A DNA stretch of 40,382 bases from an uncultured Woeseiaceae bacterium (GTDB lineage Bacteria; Pseudomonadota; Gammaproteobacteria; Steroidobacterales; Woeseiaceae): contig CAMYIS010000105.1 in assembly GCA_947258485.1 (NCBI GenBank), forward strand, positions 1 to 40,382, written 5' to 3'. How positions within the stretch are numbered: the first letter of the stretch is position 1; every line of letters starts with the position of its first letter. Both the position numbers and the translations under genes were made by a program. Below, one piece after another: positions 17,550-26,604 of the stretch. Below the pieces are notes generated by a model. The model was not told where the DNA came from. It worked only from the letters and a program-made list of their open reading frames with translations, and made no database searches.

Positions 17550-17871
17550 GGCTAAAGACTACCGGGGCCCGCAAACGGGATCTGTGAGCCACAGCACAAA
17601 TTACCGCCTCAGGCGGCTCGATCGCCGAAAAATTGACCCAAATCACATTTACCGCCGGAAACACCGCACGGTCGATTTCTCCCATCTTGCGTAGAAACCG
17701 CCCTGGGTAAAGCATTAAATCGAGGATAAGCGCACGATTTTTCGAGCTTTTTGGCCCGGAACGCGTAAAATCCGGGCAAATTATGGACACGTTGCACAGA
17801 TTTGCTGTCACACCATATGTAATATCGCGCTGCACCTGCCACTGCTTGGGCAGATCCGGATCGGAAGAATT

Positions 17872-19195
17872 ATGTCGAGGATTGAATACATGATCGCGAA
17901 AGTCGATTTCGTAAAACTTGTCACTGTGAGCCTGCTGCTGTTTGCAGCCGCAAATGGCTACGCGCAAAACGAGCTCCGCAGTACGTTCTTCAAAGACGCC
18001 GACGCTGCCAAGGCGGCGGCCGATGCAGCCAACGCCGAGTTACTCGCCCCGAGGAGCTATGAACAGGGTCTCAAAGAGTATCGCGACGCAGAGTCCGCTC
18101 TTGAACGTGGGCGCAACATCGAATTCGTTCGGTCGAATGCCGCCGACGCCACAACGTATTTCAGGACAGCGGCGGACAAAGCACAGCTCGCAAAAACCGC
18201 GTTGGCCCAGGTCATGAAGAGCCGCCAGGATGCCGCGAATGCGAAGGCGCCCCAATTGTCCGCCGAAATCTGGCAGGAAGCACAGAGGAAATTCGCCGAT
18301 GCCATCCGGTTGCTGGAACGCGGTGACCTGAAGAACTCGAAACGTCGCGACATCGAGGCAACGAGTTTATATCGCGACGCCGAACTCGTTGCGATCAAAG
18401 CTCAGTACCTCAGCGAAACCCGTCGCCTGCTGGCGGACGCCGACCGGGCTCGCGTTGGACGTTATGCGCCGATCACACTGGGCAAAGCGAAACAGCTGCT
18501 GGCGGATGCCGAACGCGAACTGAGCGAGAACCGTTACGACACCGATCTGCCTCGCAGCCTGGCGCAGCAGGCCAATTATGAGGCCAAACATGCGATTTAC
18601 CTTTCCGAGGTTGTTCGGCAGGTGCGCGACAAGAAGCTGACCCCGGAGCAGCTTGTGCTGCAGTGGGAACAACCGATGCAGGCGATCGCCGGCGTTGCCG
18701 ATGTTGTCCCCGATATGGCAGATGGCCCGGACAGGCTGACCCAGGAGCTCGTCGCTTTTTTTGAGGGACAACGCAATCAGCTGCAGAGCCTGGAACAGGA
18801 AAAAGCCGAAAACGAAGTTCGCATTGCCGACATACAGCATCATCATGCGACTTGTCGGCCTGAGCTTCGACAGCGGCGCATCGCAGATCAAATCGGCAAA
18901 CTTCGATCTTCTCGCGAAAGTCGAAAAAGCCATCGACGTTTTCCCACGCAGCGAAATCACGATTGAAGGCCACACGGATTCGCATGGCGGGGATGACCTC
19001 AACCAGACGCTCTCGCAGGCACGGGCCGAGTCTGTACAGCAGTACATGATCAACGCGATGCGAATTCCGACGTATCGCCTGATCGCGACCGGTTACGGCG
19101 AAACGCGGCCCGTCGCCAGCAACGAAACCGAAGCCGGCCGCGCGCGCAACCGCCGCATCGACATCGTCATCAAGCCCAATCTCGAAGCAACCTAG
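17872..19195 (+). pseudogene. DUF4398-repeat/OmpA C-terminal domain outer-membrane protein split by a +1 frameshift
   Basis: ORF 17872..18966 carries a signal peptide (LLLFAAANGYAQ) and three DUF4398-like repeats (LLAPRSYEQGLKEYRDAESALERG, PQLSAEIWQEAQRKFADAIRLLERG, GRYAPITLGKAKQLLADAERELSENR). It degenerates after ..ENEVRIADIQHHH. ORF 18761..19195, in the +1 frame, carries a complete OmpA-like domain from IIMRLVGLSFDSGAS through EITIEGHTDSHG to GRARNRRIDIVI. The frames switch at a (CAT)3 repeat at 18838-18846. Confidence 0.65.
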
Positions 19196-20118
19196 CCGCC
19201 GGACATCGCTGAATCATGACCGCGCCACCAGGACGACACGGTGCGCGCGGTTGTTTCATTGACGAGGTAGCCATACTCCGAGTGCACGTTGAGTGCACCG
19301 TCGAGTCGAAAATAGTTGTATAACTCGGCGTCCTCGAAACTCTCGACAAGCCCGAGCTGCAGCAGCTCTCCGAAGTCATTCCTGAGCCGCGGGTCGATTG
19401 CTGTCAAATCACCGACCGCCGACAGGTTTTTCCAGTTACGAATGTTGTGCGGATAGCGGTCTTCGCCAGGGGATGCACTGCTTTTCAGTCGTTTCTGAAT
19501 GTATCGCTGGCCCAGTGGGCTGCCCATCGTCAACAATAGATCAACGACGACATGATCGCGGCCGTTGTGCGACATTTCCCACAAGGTTTCGTAAGCAATA
19601 ACCGATCCCATGCTGTGCCCAATAAGCAAGATCGGATGATGCCCCTCTGTCGCCGCTCTCAGCGGTACCTTGAGCATGCGTCGTGTGTGTTCGGCGATGC
19701 CGTTGTCATCCAATGTGTAGCGCCGTAGATCACGCAGGTGCATCTCCGTTCGCTCGCTTGCGACATGCGGAATCAGGAACGGCAGCCGGTCGCCAAGCTT
19801 GTAAATCCACCGCGTAAGTCTTCGCCCAAAAGAACCCGCTTCGGCAATATCGCGCTCGCTTGCGCCTGCCTGGCAGATGACGTCTTCAATGGCGGCGCTG
19901 TCGATGCTGAAATCCCGATGCTGGCGATAAAAGTCATACGTCCACGAGACGATATCGAAACCGCCCTTCGTGGATGCCACGGCCTCGGCAACCGATTCGT
20001 CGACGCGGTGCAAGCCGGCCAGCAGGCAACGCAGCAGTGCATCTTTGTGCACCGCCGGCTCAGGCTTGGGAAGCAGGCCGGGCACATAAAGGATGATCGG
20101 GTGGGCGGTCTTCGACAC
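19192..20118 (-). CDS. Alpha/beta hydrolase fold protein (lipase/esterase-like), uncharacterised
   Basis: 308-aa ORF. The nucleophile elbow is LIGHSMGSVIA. The N-terminus reads HPIILYVPGL. Its stop overlaps the ompA-like stop convergently by 4 nt. Confidence 0.6.
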   Translation of the reverse strand: MSKTAHPIILYVPGLLPKPEPAVHKDALLRCLLAGLHRVDESVAEAVASTKGGFDIVSWTYDFYRQHRDFSIDSAAIEDVICQAGASERDIAEAGSFGRRLTRWIYKLGDRLPFLIPHVASERTEMHLRDLRRYTLDDNGIAEHTRRMLKVPLRAATEGHHPILLIGHSMGSVIAYETLWEMSHNGRDHVVVDLLLTMGSPLGQRYIQKRLKSSASPGEDRYPHNIRNWKNLSAVGDLTAIDPRLRNDFGELLQLGLVESFEDAELYNYFRLDGALNVHSEYGYLVNETTARTVSSWWRGHDSAMSGG

Positions 20119-20120
20119 GA

Positions 20121-20810
20121 CTATTTCCGATCCAGCAAAGCGTGAAGTTCTCCAACATGACGAACTTCGCCATCCGGCGCGGGATACTCATCGGGCCACT
20201 CATCGGCGTGACGGTTGACCCAGATGGCTTTCAGACCCGCACCGCGCGCACCGTGAACATCATGCAAAGGATGATCGCCAACGTGCAGTGTTTGTGAAGC
20301 GCTGGCGCCGCCTGCGGTCACCGCCATATCAAATATCGCGCTTGCAGGCTTGGCAGCACCGGCCATGGCTGCCGAGACCACGCCGTCGAACAGATCGCGT
20401 ATGCCAATCCTCTCCAGGTCCGCGTTGCCGTTTGTGACGGCAATCAATACGAAGCGTTCGCGCAACGAAACGAGCGCCGGCCGCGCTTCCGGAAACAGGG
20501 TGACATCGTTGCGAACCCTGTTGAATACCTCGAACGCCTCATCGACATAGCTGTCGCCATAACCCGCAGCCTCACCCAGCCGCGTCAGTACCGTGCGGCG
20601 CAGAAATGTCAGGTCATGTGACCGGTCCTTGAATTCGGCAATGACCTCCGAGCGTAGCTGCATCATGTCTGCCGGCGGGAACTGCTCGGTAATTCGCGGA
20701 TAGTGTTCGGCTATCCAGGCATACAGCTGCTCTTCGGCACGCCGTATTACCGGGTGAATTGCCCAGAGCGTATCGTCCAGATCCAGTGTGATGGTGCGAA
20801 TGTCGTTCAC
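20121..20810 (-). CDS. HAD-IA family phosphatase, YigB-like
   Basis: 229-aa ORF with a GTG start. Motif I is ITLDLDDTLW. Other HAD motifs are VAVTNGNADLERIGI, KP and HVGDHPLHDVHGARGAGLKAIWVN. It is collinear with E. coli YigB. Confidence 0.7.
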   Translation of the reverse strand: MNDIRTITLDLDDTLWAIHPVIRRAEEQLYAWIAEHYPRITEQFPPADMMQLRSEVIAEFKDRSHDLTFLRRTVLTRLGEAAGYGDSYVDEAFEVFNRVRNDVTLFPEARPALVSLRERFVLIAVTNGNADLERIGIRDLFDGVVSAAMAGAAKPASAIFDMAVTAGGASASQTLHVGDHPLHDVHGARGAGLKAIWVNRHADEWPDEYPAPDGEVRHVGELHALLDRK

Positions 20811-20827
20811 GTGTTGCCTGCGGCGCG

Positions 20828-21256
20828 ATGATCAACGACCATTGTGGAGTCAAGGCCTATTCGGAGCAAGATCATGAAATGTCACTGGATTTTTACTGCA
20901 ACAAGCTGGGGCTCACCGAGCTCAAACGCTACGACAGCGACAAGGGGCGATTCACATTGATCTTTCTCGCAGCACCCGGTGATGAGGAGGCGCAGGTCGA
21001 GCTGACTTACAACTGGGACCCCGAGGAATACGATGAGGGCCGCAACTTCGGTCATCTTGCGTACCGGGTCGATGACATTTATGCCCTGTGCCAGAAGCTC
21101 ATGGATGGGGGTGTGACCATTAACCGGCCACCGCGCGACGGCCACATGGCGTTCGTTCGCTCGCCCGACAACATCTCTATCGAGCTGCTGCAAAAAGGGG
21201 ATGCCCTGCCGCCAACTGAACCGTGGGCCTCAATGCCCAGCGTCGGGCACTGGTAG
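20828..21256 (+). CDS. gloA: Lactoylglutathione lyase (glyoxalase I) / VOC family
   Basis: 142-aa ORF. Motifs are SLDFYCNKLGL, VELTYNWD, FGHLAYRVDDIY and ISIELLQ. The start is only 17 nt from the divergent HAD gene start. Confidence 0.7.
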   Translation: MINDHCGVKAYSEQDHEMSLDFYCNKLGLTELKRYDSDKGRFTLIFLAAPGDEEAQVELTYNWDPEEYDEGRNFGHLAYRVDDIYALCQKLMDGGVTINRPPRDGHMAFVRSPDNISIELLQKGDALPPTEPWASMPSVGHW

Positions 21257-21259
21257 ACC

Positions 21260-21457
21260 TTAGCTTTTGCCCTCATCGGCGCGATCGGAATGTTCGCTGT
21301 CTGTGTGAAGCGAATCTTGACCCTGCGGTTTGACCATCGGCGTTCTGGCGACTCGCCGCCGTTCTTTCGGGCGCCGGGTCAGGAAGCGCCGCAAGCGCAA
21401 TGCCATCGCGATGATGGCGTCTTCAACGTTATCAATAAACTGAAACAGGGTTTCCAT
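21260..21457 (-). CDS. Hypothetical small basic protein (65 aa)
   Basis: Track ORF METLFQFIDNVEDAIIAMALRLRRFLTRRPKERRRVARTPMVKPQGQDSLHTDSEHSDRADEGKS. It has coding-like codon usage, a weak SD, and no motif I recognise. Confidence 0.3.
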   Translation of the reverse strand: METLFQFIDNVEDAIIAMALRLRRFLTRRPKERRRVARTPMVKPQGQDSLHTDSEHSDRADEGKS

Positions 21458-21537
21458 TGTTCGTGACTTCAGTCGTGCCCGATTGCGCCGGCGATAGCTC
21501 CGGCAATTGCACGTTTATTGTACGCCCATTCACGAGG

Positions 21538-21585
21538 GGGACATTCTTAATTTAACGTATTAATACGTTAAATTAAGAATGTCCC
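21538..21585. repeat. Perfect 48-bp AT-rich palindrome
   Basis: The sequence is gggacattcttaatttaacgtatt|aatacgttaaattaagaatgtccc. The two 24-nt halves are exact reverse complements with no spacer. It lies 9 nt downstream of the batD stop and 80 nt upstream of the 65-aa ORF. It is strikingly AT-rich against GC-rich flanks. Confidence 0.95.
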
Positions 21586-21593
21586 AATAAGTG

Positions 21594-23279
21594 TCAGGCG
21601 GCCGGTGGCATCAACGGTGGCAGAGGATCCTCGGCATCGAGCCGGGAGTCCTTGCGCGCGACGGCAATTGATCTGATCGATTTTGCCAGCGCCGCGCCAT
21701 CCCACTCGCCGCCGCCGGGGCCGTAGCTCGCCATTGAGAGCTTCCGCAATTCGTCAGAGAGGGGTGCTGACACGCGTTCGGCCAGTTCACCTACGCTGCG
21801 CGGCGCATCATCCGGCCACTGCAGGCGACCCCACTCGATCAGAGCCGAACGCACTGCGGCGCCGTCACCGGCCAGTGCGGCTTTGCGGGCAGCTTTGACG
21901 AACTTCGCCTGACGTTTATAGACTGGCGGCGGCTCGGGCTTTCGCGGTGCGCGATTCTGGTCGCGCGACGACCACCACCAGGCGAAAACCGTCAGCAGCC
22001 AGACCGCCGCCAGCAGCTGGCTGACCCGCAGCCAGAACCCGTCCGGCATTAATTGCGGCGCCGCCGTTTCTGCGGCGCCTGATTTCGTCGTCGCCTCGAC
22101 AACGTCTTCCGCAATGACCGGTTCATCGACTGCCTTGACGTTGATCGTGCGCGCAGGCAGCCTGGCGACGCGCCAGGTGCCAGCATCAATATCCCACCAC
22201 GGAACTTCCAGCTCAGGTAGTTCAATGGCACCGGCATTGACGCCAATGACCGCGTACTGGTCCTTTCGAATACCGCGGATGCCGCCGGCTTCCACACGGC
22301 GACTCAGTTCCGGTTTGTCTTCATAAACATTGAGGCCATCGACACTCAGTGGCGCTATCGCCGGGATTTGCGTTTCGATCTGTCCGAGCGCGCTGATTGT
22401 CACCCGCCGCGTGACGGGCTCGCCGGCATTGATGCGTTCGGGGTCCCGCGACCATTCCTCGCTGAGCTGTACATCTCGTGCCGGCAACCACACCGCATCC
22501 TGAAATTCGTCGGGCGGCGCGGGAATGGGTAAGACTTTGACCGTGTGCTCATCAGACTGGAATACCTTGCGACCCGTGATGCGACCGTCCCGAAGCACGC
22601 GTGCCTCGAACAATGCCGGCGAGATAGCAATCTCGCCGCTCTGCTGCGGGTAAAGGGCAATAACGCGCTCCACGACGTTGTAAGCCTTGCCGTTGAGAAT
22701 CGCTTCGTAGCTCTTTTCATCGCCTGCCAGTTCAACCAGGACTTCGGCACCACTGATCGTTGGCTCGCGCAAAGCCGGTTGCCGCGTCGCCACGGCGCGA
22801 TACACCTTTATGCGATACAGGATCTGCGCCTGCACATACGCCTCCGCCTGGTCTATTTCACTCGTAATGAACACGTCGGCCTCGCCTGGCGGCTCTTTCG
22901 CCGGTTCCTTGACAGTGATTTTCACCGGGGCACTTTTCTCATTGCCGACCGAAATGGGCGGAATCTCCTGCTCGCCCGTCTTCTTCGGCATCAGCGCGAT
23001 CGTCCAGGTCCGGCTGCGCCGGATTTCGCCATTGTAAATAGAGGTGTTGCTGAGCTGGCTCACCTGGCCCACATAAAACTCGTCTTCAAGGACCGTGAGG
23101 TCGGGCTCGCTGTCGGTATTCGTATCGACGATGATCTCAAGCATGAACGATTCGTTCAGATCCACAGACGGACGGTCAACCTGCGCTCGCACGGCTGCCG
23201 ACGCGGTCGACATCGTCGCGACAAAGGCAATCAGTACAAGCGTTGCGTTTCGCAGAAGTCTGTTGTTCGTTGCTACCAC
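21594..23279 (-). CDS. batD: BatD family protein (oxygen-tolerance protein)
   Basis: 561-aa ORF. It has a signal peptide, a large extracytoplasmic region, and a late TM helix (LLAAVWLLTVFAWWW). It is the last gene of the MoxR/Bat operon and overlaps the batB/C stop by 7 nt. Confidence 0.75.
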   Translation of the reverse strand: MVATNNRLLRNATLVLIAFVATMSTASAAVRAQVDRPSVDLNESFMLEIIVDTNTDSEPDLTVLEDEFYVGQVSQLSNTSIYNGEIRRSRTWTIALMPKKTGEQEIPPISVGNEKSAPVKITVKEPAKEPPGEADVFITSEIDQAEAYVQAQILYRIKVYRAVATRQPALREPTISGAEVLVELAGDEKSYEAILNGKAYNVVERVIALYPQQSGEIAISPALFEARVLRDGRITGRKVFQSDEHTVKVLPIPAPPDEFQDAVWLPARDVQLSEEWSRDPERINAGEPVTRRVTISALGQIETQIPAIAPLSVDGLNVYEDKPELSRRVEAGGIRGIRKDQYAVIGVNAGAIELPELEVPWWDIDAGTWRVARLPARTINVKAVDEPVIAEDVVEATTKSGAAETAAPQLMPDGFWLRVSQLLAAVWLLTVFAWWWSSRDQNRAPRKPEPPPVYKRQAKFVKAARKAALAGDGAAVRSALIEWGRLQWPDDAPRSVGELAERVSAPLSDELRKLSMASYGPGGGEWDGAALAKSIRSIAVARKDSRLDAEDPLPPLMPPAA

Positions 23280-25084
23280 GGCTGTGCCTCATTGTCCGGC
23301 CAGACATCGTTACCGTCCTGGTCCTTGCCTGAGCGCTGGTACTGGTGCCTGAATTTACGCCGCAGCAAACCACCCGGGTCATCCGGTATACGACGCAGCC
23401 ACTGCTCCATCGCCTGCTCCTGCTCCTGCTGCTCGCGAAGCTCGGCTAGCTCGGCGGCCGACAGTTGTTGTGGCTTTTCGCCAGTTTGTGCTTCCTCGGC
23501 GGCACGCTGCAATTCCCGTTGCAGCGCTTCGAGATCCTCTTCGCTCATTTCTTCGTCGCCGCGTTGCGATGCGTCGCTTTCTTCGGACTGGTTTTCCGAA
23601 TCCGATGATCCCTCGGAACCTTCCTCGCCAGGCTGGCTCTCGGAGTCCGATTGCTCTCCCTGACCTTCCTGGTTCTCGCCCGGCTGCTGCTGGTCGCCCT
23701 GACCTTCCTGCTGCTGTTGCTGCTGATCCTTGAGATTCTTGATGAGTTCGAGGTTATACGCCGCGTCTTCGTTATCAGGCTCCATTTCGAGCACCTGTTC
23801 GTAGGCATCCATGGCTGAATCAAGCTCACCCTGGAAAGCCATCGCGTTACCGAGATTGTAGAGATTTCTCGCATCACCGCGCTCGGCAAATTCGGCCGCA
23901 CTGCCCGCGAAATCTTTCGCACGATAGCGGGCGACGGCACGCCACTCGGTATCCTCGAACAGTGCCGCCGCATCTTCAGGATTGCCGGCTTCGAGCTGCT
24001 TTTGTGCCTGTTGATTCCTGGTCTGCCAGAGGTTGTCCCAAAGTGATGCTTCTGCCGGCTGCGGCACCGGCAAGACAAAGACCAGCAGGACCAAAGCCCA
24101 GCCACGCCGAAACGCCAGCGCCGCGATCGGCAGCAACAGCAACAACAACCACGGCCCTTCTTCCCGCCATTGGTCCGTAGCCAGCGACTCGGCGGACGAT
24201 GAGGCGGTTGTTACTTCGCCGGACAGAAGAACATCGAGATCACGATTGTCGGCGGACAGCACGGCGAAGCGACCTCCCCCAGCAGCGGCCAGGGCGCGCA
24301 GCGATGTCTCTTCGAGTCTTGGCACGGCGATCTTGCCGCGATTGTCGGTCACGAAGCCGCCAGTTGCGCGCGGTATCGGTGCGCCCTCGCGTGTACCGAC
24401 ACCCAGGACCGACAGCGTATATCCGGCCGATTTCAAATCACGCGCGACTTTCTCGGCGGCAGCCGATGAACCACCATCGGTAATCAGCAGCACCTCGCCA
24501 TAGCCGACACCGGCCTGGTCCAGCAACTGCCGGCCTTTCTGCATCGCGACCGCCGGGTTGCTACCGCGACTCGGCATGATGTCGGTGCTCAAACTGTTGA
24601 CGAGTGCAGCCACGGTGTCCGTGTCCGTCGTGAGAGGCGTTACCGTAAAAGCATTCGACGAATAGACAACGAGCGCTGTCTGACCGCTCTTGCGAAGCGC
24701 AAGAATATCGAGAATTTTTAGGCGGGCGCGCGCCAGGCGGCTGGGCGAAATGTCCTCGGCGTCCATGGACCGGGAGAGATCCAGTGCAACGACCAGTGCC
24801 TGTTCGGTCCGAAAGACCGGTTGCTCGATGCGTTGCCAGGCCGGACCTGCCAGCGCCAGTGTCGCGAGAACGCCACCAAGTACAAGCAGCCACCAACGAT
24901 GATCGATACCGCGGCCGGGTGTGCGGGACAACACGTAAGGCATCAGCACCGGATCAATTACGTCGCGCCAGTTGCCCGAACTCAGGCGACCGCGTGCAAA
25001 AACAACGGCCACCAGGACCACGAGTGGAATGGCAAACAGCCACTCGGGACGCAGCCAGTGGAAGTCAGCCGGCATTGGTGGCAC
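23273..25084 (-). CDS. batB: VWA domain plus TPR repeat membrane protein (BatB-BatC fusion type)
   Basis: 603-aa ORF. After N-terminal TM helices comes a VWA domain (LVVALDLSRSMDAEDISPSRL..LITDG). TPR-like repeats follow (ARNLYNLGNAMAFQGELDSAMDAYEQVLEMEPDNEDAAYNL). The tail is Q/E/S-rich and acidic. Confidence 0.8.
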   Translation of the reverse strand: MPPMPADFHWLRPEWLFAIPLVVLVAVVFARGRLSSGNWRDVIDPVLMPYVLSRTPGRGIDHRWWLLVLGGVLATLALAGPAWQRIEQPVFRTEQALVVALDLSRSMDAEDISPSRLARARLKILDILALRKSGQTALVVYSSNAFTVTPLTTDTDTVAALVNSLSTDIMPSRGSNPAVAMQKGRQLLDQAGVGYGEVLLITDGGSSAAAEKVARDLKSAGYTLSVLGVGTREGAPIPRATGGFVTDNRGKIAVPRLEETSLRALAAAGGGRFAVLSADNRDLDVLLSGEVTTASSSAESLATDQWREEGPWLLLLLLPIAALAFRRGWALVLLVFVLPVPQPAEASLWDNLWQTRNQQAQKQLEAGNPEDAAALFEDTEWRAVARYRAKDFAGSAAEFAERGDARNLYNLGNAMAFQGELDSAMDAYEQVLEMEPDNEDAAYNLELIKNLKDQQQQQQEGQGDQQQPGENQEGQGEQSDSESQPGEEGSEGSSDSENQSEESDASQRGDEEMSEEDLEALQRELQRAAEEAQTGEKPQQLSAAELAELREQQEQEQAMEQWLRRIPDDPGGLLRRKFRHQYQRSGKDQDGNDVWPDNEAQPW

Positions 25085-26111
25085 CCCCGGCGCGCAGCGC
25101 CGCGGCCCGACTTCGAGTCAGCCGCTGCAGCAGGCTGATCGCACACATCATTGCGACCAGGACAAATGCCCCGCCCAATGGCCAGAAGTAGAGTGATTTC
25201 ACGGGCCGAAAACCGGACTCCGGCTCTTCGACCGGCTCGAGTTCGTCAACCAGTCTGTAGATGTCCTGCAAACTGGCGGTGTCGGTCGCCCTGAAATACC
25301 GGCCACCTGTAAGTTCTGCGATTCGCGTCAGCGTGTCCTCGTCGAGGTCTGCCGACGGGTTGATTCGGCGCCGGCCACCGATGAGCGACGAGACTTCAAG
25401 TTGCTCGGCACCAATACCTATCGTGTAAATACGCAAGCCAACTTGCTGCGCCAGTTCGGCCGCCTTGAGCGGTTCGACTTCACCGGCCGTGTTTGCACCG
25501 TCCGTCAGCAACACCAGCACCTGGTCGCCTTTTTCTTTCGGCTGCTCGTGAACACGGCGCACGGCCAGCGTGATCGCATCGCCGATCGCCGTTTTCTCGC
25601 CGGCAAGCCCGATGAAGGCCTCCATCAGCAGGACGTTGACGGTTTTGCGGTCCAGGGTTAACGGCACCTGCAGGTACGCGCGTTCGCCGAACAGGATCAG
25701 TCCTATGCGGTCTCCCTCGCGCCGCTCAATAAAATCGCTGGCAACTGCCTTGGTCGCGGTCAGGCGATCGACACGGCGACTGCCGAGTTCGAAATCCTTT
25801 TGATCCATGCTACCTGAGAGGTCGACGGCCAGCATCAGGTTGCGCCCGGAGACCGGCACATCGAGTTCGTCGCCAATGCGTTCGGGTCGCGCCGCGGCGA
25901 GCACGAGCAACAGCCAGGCAAGCACGGCAAGCCAGAAGCGCCAGTTGAACAACTGCTCTGCCGCAGAGCGGTCCTTGAGTGTTTCGAAGCTCGTGAGCGT
26001 CGGCACACGAAGACCGGCTTGCGACAGGCCGCGCGCTTCCGGCAGCAACGCGCGCACGATCCACGGCAGCGGCAGCGCAAGTAGCACCCAGGGCCAGGCC
26101 AGCGACCACAT
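25065..26111 (-). CDS. batA: VWA domain membrane protein BatA
   Basis: 348-aa ORF. The N-terminus is MWSLAWPWVLLALPLPWIV. The VWA/MIDAS motif is LAVDLSGSMD, followed by VLLTDGANTAG. A C-terminal TM helix is present. Confidence 0.8.
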   Translation of the reverse strand: MWSLAWPWVLLALPLPWIVRALLPEARGLSQAGLRVPTLTSFETLKDRSAAEQLFNWRFWLAVLAWLLLVLAAARPERIGDELDVPVSGRNLMLAVDLSGSMDQKDFELGSRRVDRLTATKAVASDFIERREGDRIGLILFGERAYLQVPLTLDRKTVNVLLMEAFIGLAGEKTAIGDAITLAVRRVHEQPKEKGDQVLVLLTDGANTAGEVEPLKAAELAQQVGLRIYTIGIGAEQLEVSSLIGGRRRINPSADLDEDTLTRIAELTGGRYFRATDTASLQDIYRLVDELEPVEEPESGFRPVKSLYFWPLGGAFVLVAMMCAISLLQRLTRSRAAALRAGGATNAG

Positions 26112-26602
26112 CAGTCGGCTCCTTCGATCGGCACGCTCAAGCGCATGCGCACGGCCGACAGGAGTGCGCCGACATCCAGGTTGGAAAAATCACCCGCCGG
26201 ATCGCGGTACGGCAGTTGCAACAGGCTTTTGCCACCTTCCGTGTGGAAATACGGCAACGGCATGCCCCGGTCCAGCCATTGCAACCAGGCCTCACCCGTG
26301 AGCCCCGCCACCTCCTCTCTGGGCGCATACGCAAGCATGCCGCGGCGCAACAGCTCTGACAGCTGGCCGCCTAGCGTCACCGGGTTGCGATGTTGGGCAT
26401 ACTCCGCCTCGTAACGTGCAAGTTGGCGCAGTGCGAATCTACGCGGCGCATTGTGCTGCCATCGCTTGTACACGTACCAGACCAGGTAGCCGACCAGGGT
26501 GGCTGCCACGAATAAAACAAACCACCAGCCGGGCGCCAGCGGCCACCAGCCGATCGCGTCCGGCAGGTGCAGGTCTCGAAGCGGCAGCTGCGTCTCGTCC
26601 AT
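26111..26602 (-). CDS. DUF4381 domain membrane protein
   Basis: Track ORF 26111..26698. I set the start at the ATG at 26602 (MDETQLPLRDLHLPDAIGWWPLAPGWWFVLFVAATLVGYLVWYVY), 2 nt after the DUF58 stop. This is the canonical position in MoxR/Bat operons. Confidence 0.7.
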   Translation of the reverse strand: MDETQLPLRDLHLPDAIGWWPLAPGWWFVLFVAATLVGYLVWYVYKRWQHNAPRRFALRQLARYEAEYAQHRNPVTLGGQLSELLRRGMLAYAPREEVAGLTGEAWLQWLDRGMPLPYFHTEGGKSLLQLPYRDPAGDFSNLDVGALLSAVRMRLSVPIEGAD

Positions 26603-26604
26603 GT

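Noticed and set aside
17488-17967. 159-aa minus-strand ORF covering the lipA-upstream/ompA-upstream intergenic region
   Set aside because: It overlaps both the 50-aa ORF and the ompA-like 5' end. It crosses a lower-GC promoter-like region and has an implausible composition and no motif.
18367-19053. 228-aa minus-strand ORF (and the 170-aa ORF at 18473..18985) opposite the ompA-like gene
   Set aside because: These are antisense shadows of the coiled-coil/OmpA coding region, and the plus strand carries the recognisable domains.
22545-23663. 372-aa plus-strand ORF spanning the batD/batB junction
   Set aside because: It is antisense to two well-supported genes. It has long Ser/Cys/Arg low-complexity stretches, no SD and no homology that I recognise.
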